From: the human T2T-CHM13v2.0 reference genome, Homo sapiens
Direction: 5' to 3' (one strand)
Length of the DNA stretch: 64,000 bases
Assembly (NCBI RefSeq): GCF_009914755.1
Contig: NC_060937.1
How positions within the stretch are numbered: the stretch's first letter is position 1; each line of letters opens with the position of its first letter. This document shows positions 58,191 to 64,000 of the stretch, one piece after another. A program made the translations under genes and the position numbers. The notes under the pieces are model-generated. The model saw only the letters and a list, made by a program, of their open reading frames with translations, ran no database searches and was not told the DNA's origin.

Positions 58191-58929
58191 TGGATATGTT
58201 AACATTGATCACAACATCAACCAGAGAATGCTGGAAACACGGCCACACAGAATCAGGGAAAATTCAGTGAAAGCATTATATTATCTTCATTCCTATAAAT
58301 TACTTCAAATTACATCTCTCTATTTAAGAAATCCTATTTTAGAAATAAAATTTAGAAAGGAGATCCTGACAAAATTTGATATAACTTCTGAAAATCATCT
58401 GATGATTTTCCCCACAACTTCAAAATGTTTATCCAGTCAGGAAGGAGGAGGAGGAAAAAGTTTAGGACAGTAAGTTGAAATATCTGCTAAATTAAGTACT
58501 AATTGTTTCCACTCTTAGAACCTGAGTAAGATAAATTATTACTGAATTCAACTTGAATAAAAAAAAATTTCTTGGGTTGAAGCTTATTCAAGCTACCTAC
58601 AAAACACATGGGTGAGTAGCAACTAATATTTTCCCATTCTAAGCTCAACTAAGTGAAATAAGGCTAGCAGTATTGATAAAATCAAACCTATTGCTCCTTT
58701 GTTCCATCCACCATCAATATACACAAGATACTATAAAAATCATTATGTTCCAGGTGAAGAAGATAAGTTGTTAATTCAAAATTCCATGCTCTTTTGAGCC
58801 CAATATACATACTTTCCCCAAAGCAACAACAAACGCACCTTACAAATGCAATCAAGGTGTCAAACCCATTCTGGCAAACGTATATTGTCCCCTCATTATT
58901 AATGTTGTCTCTCAGGGAATTTCTATTTC

Positions 58930-59470
58930 CACAGGATCTGGGCCAAATTTTATTCACGACTTTATATAATCAAACTTTTACATTATCCATTAATAAAAAG
59001 AAAGAAACTTATGGAGTGGAGAAAGATGAGCTTTAAGGATATATTCTTAGAATAGATCCAATCAAAGAAAAAAACAGGAAAAAAATGTCTTGGAAAATTT
59101 GTAAAGAATTTATGATACTGACACTAATTGGTGGCAAATTTGACAGGTTATAGATAAGTGAGTTGTTTCTGTTGAGGAGCTATTCTGTAGATCCACTTTT
59201 CTGTATTCCTTTCCATGCCAATCACTGAAGATGCTGGTAAATTCAGCCCAGCTGAATTGAGCTATTGAAGGCGAGAGTAGGGAATTAATTGTGTTCTCTT
59301 GCATCTTTTCCTACTGCCAAAGAAAAGCACTATTGTCCTTCTTGAAGAATTCCCTTTCAGCCTTAAGGATCTCTGCCAACTTCATTGAGAAAGTCAAACT
59401 GCATATCCAAGTGGAAGTAAGGGAGGTTCACATCCAGCTTTGTTCTTGGGGGAGGCGGTTGTGATGAGTT
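58930..59470 (-). other. Candidate terminal exon of an unidentified minus-strand gene
   Basis: Acceptor tgtttatatttAG|aactcatc at 59471/59470; GC-richer exon-like start; all three frames stop within 36 codons; minus-strand AATAAA at 58949-58954; 3' boundary uncertain. Confidence 0.4.
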
Positions 59471-62187
59471 CTAAATATAAACATCACTGAGCATCACATT
59501 TTATGTTGAAAGTGGCTTAATGAAAAATGAGAAACACGGAAGTAAGAGTGAGAAAGGAAAAAGAGTAAAGTATAAATTTGTAGCCTGAATAAGTTATACC
59601 AAAGGCTATTTATAATGTTGTCTATGTACCCATGCTATGAAATTATACTTAAATCCACTGGAGCTCTGAATCACAGAAAGCAATCTTATCTGAGGTAATA
59701 ATATAAATGTCCAATTTCACAGATAAAGGAGGGATGGGATTTTTTAAAGATCACTTTCCTTAATGCGGCCTAATTAAGGGTATAAATTAAAAAGGTTTTT
59801 GAGTTATAAAAATGTCATATCTCAAATATAACTGATTTGAGGATTTGAAGATATCCCACAAAATACAAGAACTACTCAGTGACTGTCCCCCAAAAGGACG
59901 TGTTAGAATAATTTCCAGGAGAAATGTGGGCAAGTTGACTAAATATTAAGGTAACAATTTTATAAAATTTTCAAAACAGTGTAACATCGCTCCATAAATA
60001 AAAAATGACTTTAAAGTTTCAATACTGAGTTTGTCTGAACTCAGTAAAATTTAGCAATCTAACTTGCAGTTATGAGTTCATGTGGGCAATGTTAAGTCAT
60101 TTCAAGGTAAGAAAATATCCACTATCTTTTCAGGAACAAAAGTTGCATGCTGTAGAAAATTCTGCTGCGGATACTTGACACAAGGATACACCCATCCAAA
60201 CCAAACAGAGAGAATGTTACCTTCATTAGAGTAAATGTCCTAGCTTCTTGGTACTACTAGCAGGAGTGGGATTCAACTAGTTGGTACTTTTATTCAGTGT
60301 TCTAGTTTGATTTCATTTTCTTACACTTCCTGCAGTAAGAATAAATTGCATTTTGTTTGTTTGTGTTTTGGGGTATTTTTTGGTAGCAGTCTGGGCAAGT
60401 AACCCTACAGAAAACCTGTAAAACAGTGGATATGTATAGTAAAAACTGTGAAATGCATAAGCCAACAGTTTTATTTGGTAATAAATTCAATCGTATGGCA
60501 TAATTGCCATATGGCATAATGGATTTTGTTTGTTTATCTGTGCTTCATTAAAGTGAGCTCCCAGCATTTGTTCTTTGTCTGTGGAAGATCTCTTATAAAC
60601 ATGACTTCTTGCAAGCCAAGCAAGGTAAAACATACACATACACCTTTAAATTAACTTTCCAAGTGGTCACAGTTTTTTGCAAAGCAAGAAGCCAGAGAGT
60701 ATGATAGTATTCAATGAAAGATTGGCCTGAACTCAAGATAAAAATTTAATCAAGATTCTAAATATCTATATCTATGACACCACAGCACCTTCACACTACA
60801 ACCTATTTATCCTAAATACCTTTTCCTAACAAATAATTTTCTGGATGTCACCACAATTTACCAGGGTCAGCATCCAAATGTAGAACAAGTAACTCATTTA
60901 AATTAGTTTATTTGCTCAGAAAAAAGCTATATGACCTGGCATGCATCATATGAGCATTAATTTAGTTGTGCTTGGGATTTAAAACAACTTCTTTGCAGTA
61001 GCAGGTGGTTTATAACGGTGAATTAAAGCACAAACTGTGTAAGATCATGTTTAGAATATATCAAATAAGAATCAGAAAGTCCTTTCAGCCAGGCCGTAAT
61101 GGATGGAAAAATAAAAGATTTCCATCCTAAAATCTATTATGGGCCTAAAGCCTTACAATGTTTAGAAGTTTTTTTCTTTTGGGGTTTGTTTCTTGATTTT
61201 ATTGTTGTTGAAGATATTGTTGTTATTGTCAACATTATTTAATCAGGTGTGTTTAGATCTTAGCCGGGATTTAAATATATGATACATTCCTTTTCTATAA
61301 GCAGTCATCTATGAGAGATTATAGCTGTTCGGATCAACACAGCCCCCTCCTCTTCATCATGAAAACTACCACTGCATTAGTAAGTAAGCTGAGATTATTT
61401 ATTTTCATTTCAATTTTACTTTCTTTTTAAAATTAAATATAGCTATTAAAAATAACTTTCAAACATATTCTTAGACATTGTCTAATATAAGGTAAATAAA
61501 TGTAAAACTTCCTATTCAGTAATGAACTAGCACAGAAAAGAGTCATGAAAAAAATTAGAGCCAAGTGGAGATGGAAAAGCTGTGCAATCAGGATGTATGA
61601 GTGACTTACACAGGAAAATGACATAAATTTGTTTTATGCTTTATTTTCAGGATTCAGGAGTAGCCCTTAGACATAGGTATTGATTGGCCAGATGATGTAA
61701 TCTACCCTGAGAAATGGAACTCACATATTTTAGAATTGCCTAAGCAATTATTTGTTGTGGTTATTAAACAACTAGGACATGCTGTGGTGGGGTGAGTCAG
61801 ACAGACATCCTTAGGGCTTTAGAGAATCGTGCAAGAATGGATAGAAAAATTCTGAGCCAGGTGGTCATGAGTAGGCTGGGCTGGTAACACTGGGTTTTAA
61901 GCACTCAGTGGCTTTTGTTTAACATTACCAAATCTTCCACAATCGGGTTTTACAGAAAATACATAAAAATATAAAGAAAACAAAGATAATATATTCATCT
62001 TACACTAATTTTATAACTTAAAACATCACTTCTTTAATCATCTCTTACTGTCCCTAACAACAGAAAATATATTGAAATTTCTGAAGAGTTGAAGACTTTC
62101 TACTGTTTCCCAAGCCTATGTATGTTTATAGTGTGTGAATTAAAAGCAAGCCTTTTAAATTCAGCTGCATGTAATGCTCATGCATTA

Positions 62188-62223
<36 letters not shown>
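62188..62223. repeat. (AAT)12 trinucleotide STR
   Basis: 12 perfect units counted. Confidence 0.97.
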
Positions 62224-62226
<3 letters not shown>

Positions 62227-62370
62227 GGGTCTGAATTGATATCCTGAAAAAGGCTGATACATCCAGAAAAGTCACTTAGATCTGCATTATTGTTCTTCTC
62301 TGGGTCTACATATAATTTATAACCAAATTTTCTATGTGTGTCGGCCACCTCTGTGGATGCAGGTACTGAC

Positions 62371-62414
62371 CATTGGGATGAATGTGAATCTTCACTAGTC
62401 CTCATGGCCAGCCC
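62371..62414 (-). other. Candidate 44-nt internal exon (minus strand)
   Basis: Minus strand reads ttCTAACccctaattcCAG|GGGCTGGCCATGAGGACTAGTGAAGATTCACATTCATCCCAATG|GTCAGT: consensus branch point, CAG acceptor and GT donor. Confidence 0.5.
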
Positions 62415-64000
62415 CTGGAATTAGGGGTTAGAAATCAATGTTTAATTCCTTTTTCTGCCACCAACAACTTTGCTTTACCTACCCAGCCCTTGCTCCTTTG
62501 CTTCTTTTTTTCTCCTTTTTGTGCCACCTAATTTTACAGATCCAGTTTAAAGTACTACATTTTCTATAATTACCCCTAGCTGTTCCCCTTCACAACAAAT
62601 CAATTGCTGTTTTATTATTGCTTACATATACTTTACTCATACTTCAGTCACATTCTATCAGTTGTTTAGTCACAGAAAAACTTCATCCAATATGACAAAA
62701 ATTAGGTTTTATTAATATTTGAATCTGCAATGTCAAATATTAAGTCCTCTTTAAATACTTGCTGAAATAAATTGATAATTTATTTGATACACTTTCTCAT
62801 TTATGGACTGCTTTTAAATTACTTTCTCATATATAATGATGGAAAACATGTTGATTTTGCAATAAAGAGCCAGTATATGTTTTTAAACATCGGAAAAATA
62901 TCTTGCTTTGAGGAAGTCACTTGGGCCACGACAGACAGAAAAAAAAAAAACTAAAAACATTATTCTATTGAGAAGAAGCATTCCATTGTTAACACAATCT
63001 ATCTACTTATTAATCTATTTAACAACTACTAACGTCCTACTGTATGCTAGGTAAAATTCTGAAGACACAAATTAATGACAAAGTCACGCAAATGACTCAG
63101 CATAGAGAAGCGGGACAGACATATAAACAAAGAGCTAGTAAGATAATCTTTTCATCTTTTTCTGGATGTTTCTTGATATTAATATTTACTTTAAAAAATT
63201 TTTGGAATTGTAAGAGTTGATGTGCATTATAAATTTTGCAAATATGATTTATTTTGGCCATCAGTGTAGTCTGGGACATTCAAGCTCCTATCCTTGCTCG
63301 TAGAAGATCCAACTATTTGCCCCACAAGCAAACAGTGAGTATGAGCTATCATTTTAAAATGTGTTGAACCTGCAGGCCTTGTGAGTTACTGTATTGGGAT
63401 TGGGGAAATCTGCTCTGTGTTCTGCCAGAGAATTACAACATATTGCTGCCTGGAGCAATGTTAACTTTTAATGTCTTTTTTGTGGAATCTTTGGCTATTT
63501 TTCCTCCCATCATACAGAATAATTACAGTGTTTGTCCTTGCCCTTTCCACATTACTTTGTATCACACTTACTAATCTTTTTTACATATTATCAGGAATCT
63601 CGAGAGAATGCTGCTTAAAGGTATGCCCTTTCAGAATTTCTGGCTAGAAATAGTACTTGTATAAAAGTAATGAATAGAATTTTCTTGATGCAAAATCATA
63701 TGACAATGGCTATGTCTGTAAGAAAAATCTTTTTGTTTTAAAGTTTAGAAAGTGGTCTGCATTTGGTAGTGCAAAAGATTGGGCACTCTCTGAGTTTTGT
63801 TATTAATTAAGTGTATATAATCATATAGAAGTCATGTAATTATCCTGTGCCTCCATTTCTTCAGCTAGCTCTAGATTTTTGTTTGTTTTGTTGTTTTTTT
63901 AAAATGGCATCCTTGATTATGATGACTACACTCTAAACACATTGTTTTAAAGCTGTACACATATCTATTTTAAAGTGGCCAAGTTAAATATATTGACTAG

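Noticed and set aside
57973-58473. 166-aa ORF on +
   Set aside because: Starts at a TTG inside a MIR and continues through AT-rich sequence; composition is not protein-like
61630-61682. 26-nt + strand micro-exon (ttttcag|gattc...catag|gtattg)
   Set aside because: Good acceptor but weak donor and no partner exons; such sites are common in T-rich DNA
63200-63345. Another minus-strand exon starting at 63312 (LDLLRARIGA*)
   Set aside because: Poor pyrimidine tract, and an equally plausible + strand donor (gtgagt) overlaps; cannot be supported

Overview
AT-rich, CpG-poor primate (human-like) genomic DNA. No long coding region, RNA gene, CRISPR array or prokaryote-type system is visible. Most recognisable content is interspersed repeats: ten Alus (AluJ, AluS and AluY types), seven LTR relics (MER52A-, MER4D-, MER39-, MER34-, LTR16-, MLT1A- and MLT1J/K-like; three have readable 4-bp target-site duplications), old L1M, L2 and MIR fragments, DNA-transposon relics (Tigger6-like, MER33, MER5) and microsatellites. 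Nearly all ORFs in the supplied track come from repeats or low-complexity sequence. The right end (~55.5-62.5 kb) looks like the 3' end of an unidentified minus-strand gene: a 44-nt exon with good splice signals, two candidate terminal exons and a 3'UTR-like block. I do not see a credible new biological system. The best leads are local: a recent tandem duplication of the CCAAT/TATA core inside the MER52A LTR, a near-perfect palindrome in the same LTR, an AluY with an atypical CpG-sparing mutation spectrum, a TEAD/AP-1 motif cluster and a 3'-truncated Alu that may mark a deletion. Repeat subfamily names come from remembered consensus sequences, and boundaries of old repeats are approximate.
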